A DNA stretch of 64,000 nt from Candidatus Latescibacterota bacterium (lineage in GTDB: Bacteria; Latescibacterota; UBA2968; UBA8231). This document shows, piece after piece, positions 37,014-46,888 of this stretch; position 1 is the stretch's first letter, and every line of letters starts with the position of its first letter. A model generated the notes under the pieces. That model did no database searches. It was not told the origin of the DNA and saw only the letters and a program-made list of their open reading frames with translations. Location: contig CBDETY010000003.1 of the NCBI GenBank assembly GCA_965243025.1, positions 5,952,001 through 6,016,000 of the forward strand, given 5' to 3'. The position numbers were made by a program, and so were the translations under genes.

Positions 37014-39302
37014 TCAGTCGAGGAGCAGCGACAGCCCGGCGTGAGCGGAACGCCCGGGGGCCGGCTCGAAGAAGCGGTCGCCGAAGGCGTTGGGCACCAC
37101 CGAGCCGCTGTAGGCGGCGCCGAGGAGATTGTCGATGCCGGCGAACAGCTCCAGGGGGCGGGGCCATCCCGGCCGCAGCGCCAGGCGCGCGCCTACTGTG
37201 GTGAAGGCGCGGTTGACGTAGTCGCCCCGCGGCTTGTCGACTCCGGGCGGCGGGCCGTTGAAATCGTTGGCGAAATACTCCCCGACGCGGCGCAGCTCGA
37301 GCCCGCCCGTGAACGCGGCGAGGCGGTATTCCAGCTGCGACCAGAGCTGGCCGCGCGGCGTGCCCGGCACCTGGTTGCCGGCCAGCTGCACCAGCTCACC
37401 GTCCCTCTCCACGGCGAACTCCTCGAAGGTGAAGTCGCCCAAGGAATAGCTCAGCGATAGCCTCCAGGGCGGCCGCGGCCTCCAGGAGAGGCGCGTCTCG
37501 AGGCCGCGGTTGCCGGTCCTACCGGCGTTGCGGTAGAAGATCTCGTCGCTGCCGGCGAGCTGGTAGGGGATCAGCATGTCGTCGAGGGTGAAGCGGAAGA
37601 GCGCCAGGGAGTACTCCAGGCCGCGGCGGGTCCACGCTCCCCTGAGCCCGGCCTCCAGGCTGCGCAGCAGCTCCGGGTCGAGGTCGGGGTTGAAGCCGCC
37701 GGCCCCCCCGGGGCGGTTGCTGAGCTCGACGGTGGTCGGGGTCTGGAAGGCGGTGGCGTAGTTGGCGAAGGCGGTGACCTGCTTCCGGGGAGAGAAGGCG
37801 ATTCCCATGGCCGGGCTGAACCGGGCCATGGCGCGCGCGCCGCTGTCGTCGCTGCCGTCGGTCAGGTGGCGGTCCCGGGCTTCGAACCGGTAGCGGTCGT
37901 AGCGGCCCCCGGCAGACAGGGTCCAGCGGGGAGTCAGCTTCAGGTCGAAGGCGGCGAACGGCCCCAGGCCCGTCACCTGCTCCTCCTGCAGCAGCGAGCG
38001 CTCCCCGTACAGGACGGCGTCGAGCACCTCTGAGGCGGGGATAGCGTCGATCCGCTCCTCCGGCAGCCCCTCGTTTGCGAACTCGGCGCGCTCGTCCCGC
38101 TGCCCTTCGAGGTCGACCCCCGCGGTCAGGCGTCCCTCCCTGCCGGCCAGGCGCAGGGGCCGGGTGAAGGTCGAGCGCACCCCGCCGCCGCGGCGGTCGA
38201 GCTCGATGATGCGGCCGGGAATCGGGTTTTCGAGGGAGCGCGCCAGGCCGTAGAGGGTGACCTGGAGGCTTCCGCCCCGGAGGGGGGCGGTCAGCGTCAG
38301 TCCTCCCTGGCCCTGGCGCAGCCGCTTGGAAGCCCCCTGGGAGCGCACGAAGAAGCGGGCGCCGCGCGGGTCGCTGTCGGCGGCCTCGCGGGACAGGGAG
38401 CTGGGATTCAGCAGGTAGGGGGCGTCGACGAAATTGAACACCGAGGTCACCGCTAACGAGCCGGTGACCGGATGCCTGCCGGCGAGATTGAAGCGGCGCG
38501 TGAGACCGGCGGCGTGATCGCGGTATCCCTCCCGCTCGAGCTGGCCGGCGCTGAGAACGAGAGCGTGTCCCGAGCGCACGAGGTCGGCTGACGCCCGCAC
38601 CTGCCTCATGCCGCCGGAACCGACGATCACCGCCGGCTCGACCCCGGCCGCGGCCGCCGGGGGACGGGTGCGGAAATGGATGACCCCCCCGGCGGCGTTG
38701 CCGTAGAGCCAGGAGCTCGGCCCGCGCAGCACCTCGACGTCCCCGACGGCGTGGAGGTCGAGGTTGTTGAGCTGGGACTGGCCGTCCGGCATTGTCAGCG
38801 GCACGTCGTCGACCAGCACGCGGATGCCGCGCACGCCGAAGCTGGCGCGGCTGCCGATGCCGCGGATCGAGACGCGGTCCCCCTGCGACAGGTTGCCGCG
38901 GTCGCTCACCGCGACGCCGGGCAGCTCCCGAAGGGCTTCGTCGAGGGAGACCCCGGATTCCCCGCGGAAGGAGCCGGCCCCGAGCCGGTCGACGCTGAAC
39001 GGGACCTCCTGCAGCGGCGACGGCACCCGGGTGGCGGTGACCTCCACCTCGGGAAACTCGACGGGGGTCGGCGAATCGACGGCCGCGGTGTCGGGCCGGG
39101 CTTCGCCCCCCGCGGAAGGGCCGGCTGCCGCCCCGGAGAGTGAGAAGAGGAGAAACAGTCCCGCGGCCAGGAGCGGCTGCAACCTGCCGGCGAGCCCCGG
39201 GATCACGCTTTTTTCGGAGACCGGGCGCCACCCGCCCGCGAGGGTCCGGGTCAGCCCCGCGGCCAGGACCGGCCGCAGCCTGCCCGGGAGCGCCGCGATC
39301 AC
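37014..39302 (-). CDS. TonB-dependent receptor
   Basis: EVEVTATR, LPGV, SIRGIG, EVLRGPSS.LYG, IDNL..Y, PAPGR; start uncertain (GTG 39302 overlaps the upstream stop). Confidence 0.88.
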   Translation of the reverse strand: MIAALPGRLRPVLAAGLTRTLAGGWRPVSEKSVIPGLAGRLQPLLAAGLFLLFSLSGAAAGPSAGGEARPDTAAVDSPTPVEFPEVEVTATRVPSPLQEVPFSVDRLGAGSFRGESGVSLDEALRELPGVAVSDRGNLSQGDRVSIRGIGSRASFGVRGIRVLVDDVPLTMPDGQSQLNNLDLHAVGDVEVLRGPSSWLYGNAAGGVIHFRTRPPAAAAGVEPAVIVGSGGMRQVRASADLVRSGHALVLSAGQLEREGYRDHAAGLTRRFNLAGRHPVTGSLAVTSVFNFVDAPYLLNPSSLSREAADSDPRGARFFVRSQGASKRLRQGQGGLTLTAPLRGGSLQVTLYGLARSLENPIPGRIIELDRRGGGVRSTFTRPLRLAGREGRLTAGVDLEGQRDERAEFANEGLPEERIDAIPASEVLDAVLYGERSLLQEEQVTGLGPFAAFDLKLTPRWTLSAGGRYDRYRFEARDRHLTDGSDDSGARAMARFSPAMGIAFSPRKQVTAFANYATAFQTPTTVELSNRPGGAGGFNPDLDPELLRSLEAGLRGAWTRRGLEYSLALFRFTLDDMLIPYQLAGSDEIFYRNAGRTGNRGLETRLSWRPRPPWRLSLSYSLGDFTFEEFAVERDGELVQLAGNQVPGTPRGQLWSQLEYRLAAFTGGLELRRVGEYFANDFNGPPPGVDKPRGDYVNRAFTTVGARLALRPGWPRPLELFAGIDNLLGAAYSGSVVPNAFGDRFFEPAPGRSAHAGLSLLLD

Positions 39303-40237
39303 GCCTGCGGCCGTTTCATCGGCATCGCGAAGCGGCGCTCGTCGTAGGTGCCCATAACGTACTCGGCATGGGTCGGGTGGCCGTCGTCGACGAGGTCGAC
39401 CCCCCGGCGGGCGGTTCCGTGAAGGTCGGTGGCGGGTTCGAGAAGCTCGAGGGGGAGCTGTTTGGCCTCCACCTCGATGCGGTCCTCGAACACCGAGTAG
39501 ACCGCGTAGTCGCTCGGGAAGGAAGCGGTGCCGGAAACCGTTATGTGAAAGATCGACTGCCTGCAGACCAGCCCGGTGACGTGGAGGTGCCCGCTGAGGA
39601 CGGCGACGACGCTGTCGGCGTGTTCCTCGACGAGGGCGAGGATCTCCGGCTCCCGCGTCATCCACGACTCGATGTTCAGCGTCGCGGCCAGCAGCTCCGG
39701 ATCCCTCATCGGCACCAGGGGCACGTGGCAGCAGAGGATCTTGGGAACCCCGCGATGCGCCTCGAGGGTGTCGCGCAGCCAGCGCTCGCGGCGGGCGTAC
39801 ACCTCCGGTCCGCAGGTGCCGGATCCGGAGTTGTCGAGCATCGCGAACAGCATGCCCCCGTGCACCTGGGCATGGCTGGTGGCCTCGACCCCGAACGCCT
39901 GTTCGAAGAGGGCGGCGTACTCCCGGTCCCCTTCGCGGGCGTTGGTCTCGTGGTTTCCCGGCACCGCCAGCAGCGGCTGGCGGATGCCCTGCGTCAGGGC
40001 GCCGAAGGCCTCGTAGTCCTCCCGGGCGTTGTCCGGGGAGCCGCCGTGGATGGCGTCCCCGATGCAGAGGACGAGGTCGATGTCTGCGAGGCTGCCGCCG
40101 GCGAGCTGGGAGGTCAGCCAGCGGGCGCGCTCGAGGCCGCCGGCGAACGGGGCCCGCGCCGGGTCGGCGGTGACGTGCAGATCGCTCATCTGCAGAAAGC
40201 GGAACAGCGGTCGGGGCGTGTCTTGAGAAGGGTTCAA
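39299..40237 (-). CDS. Metallophosphoesterase (calcineurin-like)
   Basis: SDLH, IGD, PGNHE, HVP, SGHLH. Confidence 0.9.
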   Translation of the reverse strand: MNPSQDTPRPLFRFLQMSDLHVTADPARAPFAGGLERARWLTSQLAGGSLADIDLVLCIGDAIHGGSPDNAREDYEAFGALTQGIRQPLLAVPGNHETNAREGDREYAALFEQAFGVEATSHAQVHGGMLFAMLDNSGSGTCGPEVYARRERWLRDTLEAHRGVPKILCCHVPLVPMRDPELLAATLNIESWMTREPEILALVEEHADSVVAVLSGHLHVTGLVCRQSIFHITVSGTASFPSDYAVYSVFEDRIEVEAKQLPLELLEPATDLHGTARRGVDLVDDGHPTHAEYVMGTYDERRFAMPMKRPQA

Positions 40238-40510
40238 GGGATTGTCCGTGGTTGCGGTGATGGAGTGACCAATTCTAGCGGGAATCCGGAGGCCGGAGCA
40301 AGGGAATCGGTCTGCAGCCGGTGGCCCCCGCCTGGATGAAGCAGGAACTTGGCGTCAACAAGGCACCGAAGCACTGCCGAGCCTGGGCTGAAACCTCTGC
40401 TTCGCTGCGCAAATCAGTTGATAACCTTGTCTCATCCTCAAAAAACCGACCGCGCAGGTAACACTTCGCACGGCCGCGGGTGTTGAATCTGTAAACGCCC
40501 CGGGGAACAG

Positions 40511-40984
40511 ATGGATCTGGATCTGCTTTACCGCCGCTACGGGCCGATGGTCATGAGGCGCTGCCGGCGGATACTGCGGGACGAGGAGGAGGCGCGCGAC
40601 GCCGCCCAGGATGTCTTCGTGCAGCTGTTGATGAGACAGAAGCGCCTCCGGGACGACGCGCCCTCCAGCCTGCTCTACCGCATGGCAACCAATCTCTGCC
40701 TCAATCGCATCCGCGATGCCGGAAGGCGGAGAACGGCACCGGACTCGACGCTTGTCGAGCAGATCGCCGGCTGGGACGAAACCGAAGGCCGGACCGAGGC
40801 CCGCGACATGCTCGCCAGGCTCTTCCGCCGGGAGCCCGTATCGACGCGCACGATCGCCTTCCTGCATTTCGTCGACGGCATGACTCTGGAGGAGGTGGCC
40901 GGGGAAGTCGGCATGTCGGTTTCCGGCGTGCGCAAGCGGCTGCGCGGCCTGAGGGCGTCCCTGAAGGAACTGGAGAAGGCATGA
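40511..40984 (+). CDS. ECF sigma-70 factor
   Basis: ARDAAQDVF, LYRMATNLCLN, DGMTLEEVA..GMSVSGVRKRL. Confidence 0.92.
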   Translation: MDLDLLYRRYGPMVMRRCRRILRDEEEARDAAQDVFVQLLMRQKRLRDDAPSSLLYRMATNLCLNRIRDAGRRRTAPDSTLVEQIAGWDETEGRTEARDMLARLFRREPVSTRTIAFLHFVDGMTLEEVAGEVGMSVSGVRKRLRGLRASLKELEKA

Positions 40985-41814
40985 TGGAACGGCAAGATCG
41001 CCCTGTGAGCGACTGGCAGCTGGAGCGCTACCTGCTGCGGGAGAGCCCCGCATCGGAGTTGGAGGACCTCGATCGCCGGATGGCGGCCGACCCGGAGCTG
41101 GCGCGGCGGCTGGCCGCCCTGAAGCGCTCCGACGAGGACCTGCTCGGGCGCTACCCGCCCGCGTGGATGTGCCGGCAGATCGAGCGGAAGCTGGAGCGGG
41201 GACGGAGCCGTGAGACCCGGCGAACATGGAGCGGGTACCGCCTCTGGGCGGTACCTGCCGTTGCCCTGGTCCTGGCCGTGTTGGCGGTGCCTTCACTTCT
41301 GGACCAGTCCCGGAGAGACCCGGTCGTGCCGGCCGTTGAGAGCGGGACGGGGTACCAGGGCCCGGGCACCCCGTCTGCGGCCGGCGGCGAAGAATCGACC
41401 CTGCGGGTCAAGGGGGGCGAGGGAGGGCCGCGCCTGGCGATCTTCCGCAAGCTGGCCTCCGGCCCGGAGCGCCTGAAAGACGGGGCGGCAGCCCGGGGCG
41501 GGGACCTCGTGCAGATCGCCTACCGCTCGGGCGGCCTCGCGTACGGGGCGATACTCTCGGTCGACGGGCGCGGGGCCGTGACCCGGCACCTGCCGGCCTC
41601 CGGGGAAAAGGCGGTGCCGCTGGCGCGGAGGGATACCCTCGACTTCGCCTACGAGCTGGACGACGCCCCGCGCTGGGAGCGGTTCTTCCTCGTGGCAGGC
41701 GAACGCCGCTTCGGCCTGGAGGAGGTCAGCGAAAAGCTGGCTGCCGGCGATTTGACGCTGGCCGGGGATCTCCGCCTCCACCAGTTCACCCTGAAAAAAC
41801 CTGGGTCACCCTGA
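40981..41814 (+). CDS. Putative single-TM anti-sigma factor (ActD/DUF4384-like C-terminal domain)
   Basis: SDWQLERYLL N-terminus, TM helix, RVKG, GDLVQIAY, SVDGRG, YELDDAP; coupled to the ECF gene. Confidence 0.7.
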   Translation: MMERQDRPVSDWQLERYLLRESPASELEDLDRRMAADPELARRLAALKRSDEDLLGRYPPAWMCRQIERKLERGRSRETRRTWSGYRLWAVPAVALVLAVLAVPSLLDQSRRDPVVPAVESGTGYQGPGTPSAAGGEESTLRVKGGEGGPRLAIFRKLASGPERLKDGAAARGGDLVQIAYRSGGLAYGAILSVDGRGAVTRHLPASGEKAVPLARRDTLDFAYELDDAPRWERFFLVAGERRFGLEEVSEKLAAGDLTLAGDLRLHQFTLKKPGSP

Positions 41815-41846
41815 ACCGGGAACCTCCAGTCTCGGGAGTTTTGCCC

Positions 41847-43940
41847 ATGAACCTGGCGCGAACCCTGCTGTTCCTGACCGTCGCGGCGAGCCTGTCCCTG
41901 CCGGCGGAAGCGGCGGAGGTGCGCCGCCTGCTGCTGGCCGCCGGGGCCAACAACGGCGGCGTCGACCGCGAGCTGCTGCGCTACGCGGTAACGGACGCGG
42001 AAAACTTCGTCGAGGTGATGCAGGAGATGGGGGGCCTCGATCCTGCCGACGTGCTGCTGCTGCGCGATCCCGGACTCGACGACTTCGAGCAGGGCCTGGC
42101 CGAGCTGGAGCGGCGGGTGCGGGCCTCCGGCCGGCGCGGTGACCGGCTGGAGGTGCTGCTCTACTACTCCGGCCACGCCGACGCAGAGGGTCTGCTCCTC
42201 GCCGGCGAACGCCTGGGGTATCCGCTGCTGCGGCGCGCTCTGGAGACGGCCAGCGCCGACGTGCACATCGCCGTCCTCGACGCCTGCGCCTCCGGGGCCA
42301 TAACCCGCGCCAAGGGGGGCAGGCGCCGCCCGCCCTTTCTCGTCGACGAGTCCTTCGACATGAAGGGGTACGCCTTCCTCACCTCGAGCTCGGCCGGCGA
42401 AGCGGCGCAGGAGTCCGACCTGCTCCGGGCGTCCTTTTTCACCCACTACCTCGTCTCCGGACTGCGCGGCGCCGCCGACGGCGACGGCGACGGCCTGGTG
42501 ACCCTGAGCGAGGCCTACCAGTTCACCTTCAACGAGACGCGGGCGCAGACCACGGGGACCGCCGGGGGCATCCAGCACCCGGCCTACGAGGTCGAGATGC
42601 GCGGCACCGGCGGCGTGGTGATGACGGAGGTGCGCCGCAACGCCGCGGGCCTGCTGCTCGGCGAAGAGCTCGCCGGCCGCATCTACATACGCAATGACCG
42701 GCAGCGCCTGGTGGCCGAGCTGAACAAACCGGCCGGCCGGGCCGTCGACCTGGGACTGGAGCCGGGGGCATATGCCCTGTACCTCCAGGCGGACGGGGCC
42801 GGCTGGCGCCTGGCGGAACGGGTCCTTGCCGAGGGAGAGTTCGCGCCTGTGAACGCCGGCCATTTCCAGACACTGACCCCGGAGCAGACCGGGCTGCTTC
42901 GCGGTTCGAGGCGGGGCCTCACCCTTGGGATGAACGAAGACGGTCAGATCGAGGTCGCCACCGGCGAGGGGTACAGGGTATCAATGGGATTGTTGACCAA
43001 TACCCAGGACGAGCCGTTCCGGGGCGTCCAGCTCGGCTGGATGGTCAACCTCGCCCGCGAACGCACCGGCGGCCAGGGAAGCTGGGTGGGCAACCTGGCC
43101 CTGAAGGAAGTCGTCGGCTGGCAGTCGGCGATGTGGGGCGTCAACTGGGCGGTGGGTCCAGTGCAGGGCGGGCAGGTCGGCCAGATCAACGTCGGCTCCC
43201 AGGTGCGCGGCTGGCAGGTGGCGACGGCGACCAACGTCGTCGGCGAGATCCGCGGTTGCCAGTTCGCCGCCACCGCCAATGTCGCCGGGGAAGTCAAGGG
43301 GGCCCAGATCGGGCTCGTCAACGTCGCGAGCCGGGTCAACGGGTGGCAGGTAGGGTTGATCAACATTTCCGGGGATATCGAGAACGGCCTGCCGGTGGGA
43401 CCGGTCAACTACTCGCACAGCGGGATTCTCAGGCTCAGCACGTGGCGCGACGAAGTCGGCTTCACCCTCCTGACCCTGGCCTCGGGCGGCCGCTGGTTTT
43501 TCACCTCTTTTACCGCCGGGAATGCCATCCTGGAGGGCCGGGAGCGCTGGGCATTGGGTGTGGGAGGAGGCGTGCAGAAGCGCGGGGGGCGGTTCTTCCT
43601 AGGCCTCGATCTGCATGGCTACCGGATCAGCAGCGGCCCCCCCGAGGGGGATTACACCGCCCGCATCGACTTCTGGCCTCCGGCCGCGGACTTCAGTCTG
43701 GAACCATCCACCACGGACAACTACCTGTCGCGGCTCCGGCTCGAGACGGGGGTGGTCCTGGCCCAGCCGGCCTCTTTCCCCGGCAGTCCGTCCCTGTTCG
43801 GCGGCGTCTCGCTGAACCAGCTGTGGACCAACGGCCATCCCAGGCTTTTGGAGTCCGGCAGCCGATTCGAGGAGGAACTGGAAGAGGGAGTGTTCGTCTG
43901 GCCGGGGTATTTCTTCGGCCTGCGCTACGGCCGCTGGTAG
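41847..43940 (+). CDS. Exported caspase-family (C14) peptidase with surface repeats and beta-rich C-terminus
   Basis: Signal peptide; LRYAVTDA, YYSGH (His) and LDAC (Cys); G.Q.G.VN repeats. Confidence 0.85.
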   Translation: MNLARTLLFLTVAASLSLPAEAAEVRRLLLAAGANNGGVDRELLRYAVTDAENFVEVMQEMGGLDPADVLLLRDPGLDDFEQGLAELERRVRASGRRGDRLEVLLYYSGHADAEGLLLAGERLGYPLLRRALETASADVHIAVLDACASGAITRAKGGRRRPPFLVDESFDMKGYAFLTSSSAGEAAQESDLLRASFFTHYLVSGLRGAADGDGDGLVTLSEAYQFTFNETRAQTTGTAGGIQHPAYEVEMRGTGGVVMTEVRRNAAGLLLGEELAGRIYIRNDRQRLVAELNKPAGRAVDLGLEPGAYALYLQADGAGWRLAERVLAEGEFAPVNAGHFQTLTPEQTGLLRGSRRGLTLGMNEDGQIEVATGEGYRVSMGLLTNTQDEPFRGVQLGWMVNLARERTGGQGSWVGNLALKEVVGWQSAMWGVNWAVGPVQGGQVGQINVGSQVRGWQVATATNVVGEIRGCQFAATANVAGEVKGAQIGLVNVASRVNGWQVGLINISGDIENGLPVGPVNYSHSGILRLSTWRDEVGFTLLTLASGGRWFFTSFTAGNAILEGRERWALGVGGGVQKRGGRFFLGLDLHGYRISSGPPEGDYTARIDFWPPAADFSLEPSTTDNYLSRLRLETGVVLAQPASFPGSPSLFGGVSLNQLWTNGHPRLLESGSRFEEELEEGVFVWPGYFFGLRYGRW

Positions 43941-44075
43941 ACCCGGGTTTCTGACGGGCTCCCGGGGATCTCTGCGGCGCCTGTACGAGCCTCGCCGGAT
44001 CATTCCTTGTCTCGAAGGGGACGGCTCCGCGAAGCCGGCCTTCACCGAACGTTTCCCGAAAAAAAGGAGCGAATC

Positions 44076-45914
44076 ATGCCGACCCGTCTGACGCTGTCTG
44101 CGCTCGTGCTGTGTTTGTGTGCCTGTGGAGATGACGAGGATGCTCCACCCACCGCTCCGGGAGAAACGGTTCTCCGGCCGGCCGGGGAACTGCAGCCCTG
44201 GGACCTCGCCGCCGTAGTGCCGATCGACTCGGTCCGCGCCATGCCCGCGGGCACCCCCCTGTTCATGCGCACCGAGTTCGCCAACGGCGAGCTCGCCGAC
44301 CTCGAGATGACCTTCGTCCAGGTGGTCGACGATTTCCTGCCACCCATGCCGGTCATCATGGTGGAAGCCTCCGATCCGGTTCTGATTCAGCTCGGCGGCA
44401 TCGCCCGGGGCATGAGCGGCTCCCCGGTTTTTTCGGAACAGGGCACCTGGGGCGCCATCGCCTACGGGTTCATCGCCCAGGACAGCCCGCCTTTCTACTT
44501 CTTCGCCACCCCCGTGGAATGGGTGACCGGCTCACGGGGCATGATGCCGGCGGCCAAATCCGCGGCAACCTGGGAGGGGGCCCGCGTCGCGCCTCTGGAA
44601 ATCCCCCTGCTGAGCACCGGTCTCGATTTCATGCAGTCCCGGCCTGAATGGGGTTCGTCTCCCCTGGGTGAGACGGTGTCCGCCGGGATTACCCGGCAGC
44701 GCCAGGAGAGCTTCGAAGCCGGAAGACCGCTGGCGGTCGGTCTGCTGCTCGGAGAGCTTACCCTCGGTGCGTTGGGAACCGTATCGTATGTCGAGGGGGA
44801 TCGCATATACGGTTTCGGACATTCATTTTTCGGCGCCGGAGAGGTGCGGTTTCCCATAATCGAATCCCGGGTGCTCGGAGAAATTTCCAACTTGTTTGCC
44901 CCGTTCAAGTTTGCCACCCTGAATCCATCGGTGCGGGGCACCCTGACCGAAGACCGTCTGCCCGCGGTTCGCGGTCTGCTCGGAGAGGAGCCGGAACTGG
45001 TGCCTGTAACGAGCGTTTACGAGTTCCCTTCGGGGAGCGCAGTCGAGCTCACGCACAGGGCAGCCGCTGCCGGTCTCGACCCGTTCGTTTCGATCGATCT
45101 GGTGGCCAACGCCTTTTTCAGTCCCCTCGCCGGCCGGGTGGACGGCGATCCCGGCCACAGCATCCGCGTCGTTGCGGACGCCGCTTTCTCCGGAACCGAT
45201 TCAACCCTGGCCCGGTCGCGGCTCTACGCCTCGCCGGAAGGACGGCTCTCCTCCTTGATTTTCGACGCCCACTCCGACCTTTCCTTCGTGCTCTCGCAAC
45301 TCATGACGAGGAACGACTACGCCCTGCAGTTGCGGGAGGCCGGGGTTCGCGTCGAAGTGATCCCCGAGCCTCGTTTTGCCGAGGTGGCACAGGTAACGGC
45401 CGACACCGTCGTCAGTGCCGGGAGCACCCTGGAGGTTGGCGTTTCGCTGCGGGTGGGGCGGCGCAGCGACCGGGAAGTCGGGCTGGCGATCGTCCTACCG
45501 GACACGCTTCCTGCCGGCGTCTACCGGCTCGAAGTCGGTTCCGCGGCGACACTGGCCGAAGGTCCCGGTGGGGGGGACGGGCCCTTCTCCGGACTGGATA
45601 ACGGACCGTTGTCCGGAGTCTTCGGGCCGCCTGTCGATTTCGCGGGGGAGGAAACCCTGGACGAGGTGTTTGCGCGCGTGAACGGACCCGACAGGAATGT
45701 CATCCTGAAAGCCCGGTTGACCTTCGAAATGCCCTCCTGGGAGGATGGACCTGGAGATTCCCCGGCCGATACCGGGTCGGATTTCGGCCTGGTCCCGGAC
45801 TTCGGCGGTCTGTTTTCCTTTGGGGGTTCCCCCGCAACGGTCTCCGCCGAGAAGGAAGTCGATCTGTTTCTCGCAGGCTCCCGGACCCTTCGTATCGAGG
45901 TGACAGGAGACTGA
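44076..45914 (+). CDS. SpoIVB/S55 peptidase-like lipoprotein
   Basis: LCAC lipobox, GGIARGMSGSPV, GTVSY, GFGHSF. Confidence 0.8.
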   Translation: MPTRLTLSALVLCLCACGDDEDAPPTAPGETVLRPAGELQPWDLAAVVPIDSVRAMPAGTPLFMRTEFANGELADLEMTFVQVVDDFLPPMPVIMVEASDPVLIQLGGIARGMSGSPVFSEQGTWGAIAYGFIAQDSPPFYFFATPVEWVTGSRGMMPAAKSAATWEGARVAPLEIPLLSTGLDFMQSRPEWGSSPLGETVSAGITRQRQESFEAGRPLAVGLLLGELTLGALGTVSYVEGDRIYGFGHSFFGAGEVRFPIIESRVLGEISNLFAPFKFATLNPSVRGTLTEDRLPAVRGLLGEEPELVPVTSVYEFPSGSAVELTHRAAAAGLDPFVSIDLVANAFFSPLAGRVDGDPGHSIRVVADAAFSGTDSTLARSRLYASPEGRLSSLIFDAHSDLSFVLSQLMTRNDYALQLREAGVRVEVIPEPRFAEVAQVTADTVVSAGSTLEVGVSLRVGRRSDREVGLAIVLPDTLPAGVYRLEVGSAATLAEGPGGGDGPFSGLDNGPLSGVFGPPVDFAGEETLDEVFARVNGPDRNVILKARLTFEMPSWEDGPGDSPADTGSDFGLVPDFGGLFSFGGSPATVSAEKEVDLFLAGSRTLRIEVTGD

Positions 45915-46035
45915 AGGACGAAGGCGTGGAAAGGCCGGCGGACATCCCGTGAACACCTGCCCCCTTAAGCCGGGAAAACGGGCAGGTATTTCTGTCGCCG
46001 AACGAAATGCGGCGGATCGGTGTTCGGGAGGCGGG

Positions 46036-46542
46036 ATGATCGCCGCCCGGATGGCGGCACTCGCCAGACCACTTGGGGGTCTGCTGCTCGCAATCGCTGC
46101 TGCCGGCGGTTGCGGCACCGGCATGGACGATCGCGGCATCTTCGACCTGACGAGCGAATACCGGGTCGAGCGCGCACCGGCCGGACTGGAGGAGGCGGTG
46201 GCCGTCGACAGCGTCTTCTGGCGGCCCCTGACCGCGGCCTTCGACGCCACCGGCGACCTCGAAATCGACGGTCTCTACCGGATCGAGTTCCGCAGCGCGG
46301 CCGAACGCCCGCTGGAGCTGCGCTACGACCTGCGCTTCCTCGACGAGCAGGGGTTTCTGCTCGACAACTTCATTCCCTTCGGCCTGCCGGTGGTTCTGCA
46401 GGCTGAGGAAGTGCAGCTGGAAATCGGGGAGTTCGTCATCCGCTCGGGGGATATACGCAGCATATACGACGTCGTCACCATGCGCATCGTCGCCCGCATT
46501 GACACCGTTGGCGTTCTCGGAAGCGTTGAAACCAGTAAGTGA
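46036..46542 (+). CDS. Hypothetical lipoprotein
   Basis: Hydrophobic signal with GGC lipobox; GGAGG RBS. Confidence 0.6.
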   Translation: MIAARMAALARPLGGLLLAIAAAGGCGTGMDDRGIFDLTSEYRVERAPAGLEEAVAVDSVFWRPLTAAFDATGDLEIDGLYRIEFRSAAERPLELRYDLRFLDEQGFLLDNFIPFGLPVVLQAEEVQLEIGEFVIRSGDIRSIYDVVTMRIVARIDTVGVLGSVETSK

Positions 46543-46667
46543 GTGTGACGCCATGAAGCGGAATCGCCGTTGGCGATTCCTCAGGACGTTGGCGTTCTCG
46601 GAAGCGCTGAAACCGGCAGGTGAGCGTGACGCCAAAAACCGGAATCGCCGGTGGCGAGTTTTCAGAG
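46506..46667. repeat. Imperfect 81-bp tandem direct repeat, two copies
   Basis: cgttggcgttctcggaagcg starts at 46506 and 46587, with similarity across the unit. Confidence 0.85.
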
Positions 46668-46687
46668 TACCGGAGGGGGCAAAAAAA

Positions 46688-46764
46688 TGGCGCACCCAGG
46701 AGGACTCGAACCCCCAACCCTCTGGTCCGAAGCCAGATGCTCTATCCAATTGAGCTATGGGTGC
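46688..46764 (-). tRNA. tRNA-Arg (anticodon TCG), CCA encoded
   Basis: GCACCCA/TGGGTGC acceptor stem, D-arm GCTC-AATTGGATA-GAGC, TCTGG-CTTCGGA-CCAGA anticodon arm, TTCGAGT T-loop. Confidence 0.95.
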
Positions 46765-46888
46765 GCGGTTTTGTGACGCTGGTTTCCCAACGTAGCTTAT
46801 GCCCTCGACCCGGGCAAGCAGGTGCGGGGAGACCGATGAAAGTGTACAAAGAAGGTGTGAGCTTGCTGTAAAAACCGGAGGTATGGAT

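Noticed and set aside
46506-46667. Possible CRISPR array
   Set aside because: Only two 81-bp units, similar along their whole length, with no unique spacers and no cas genes
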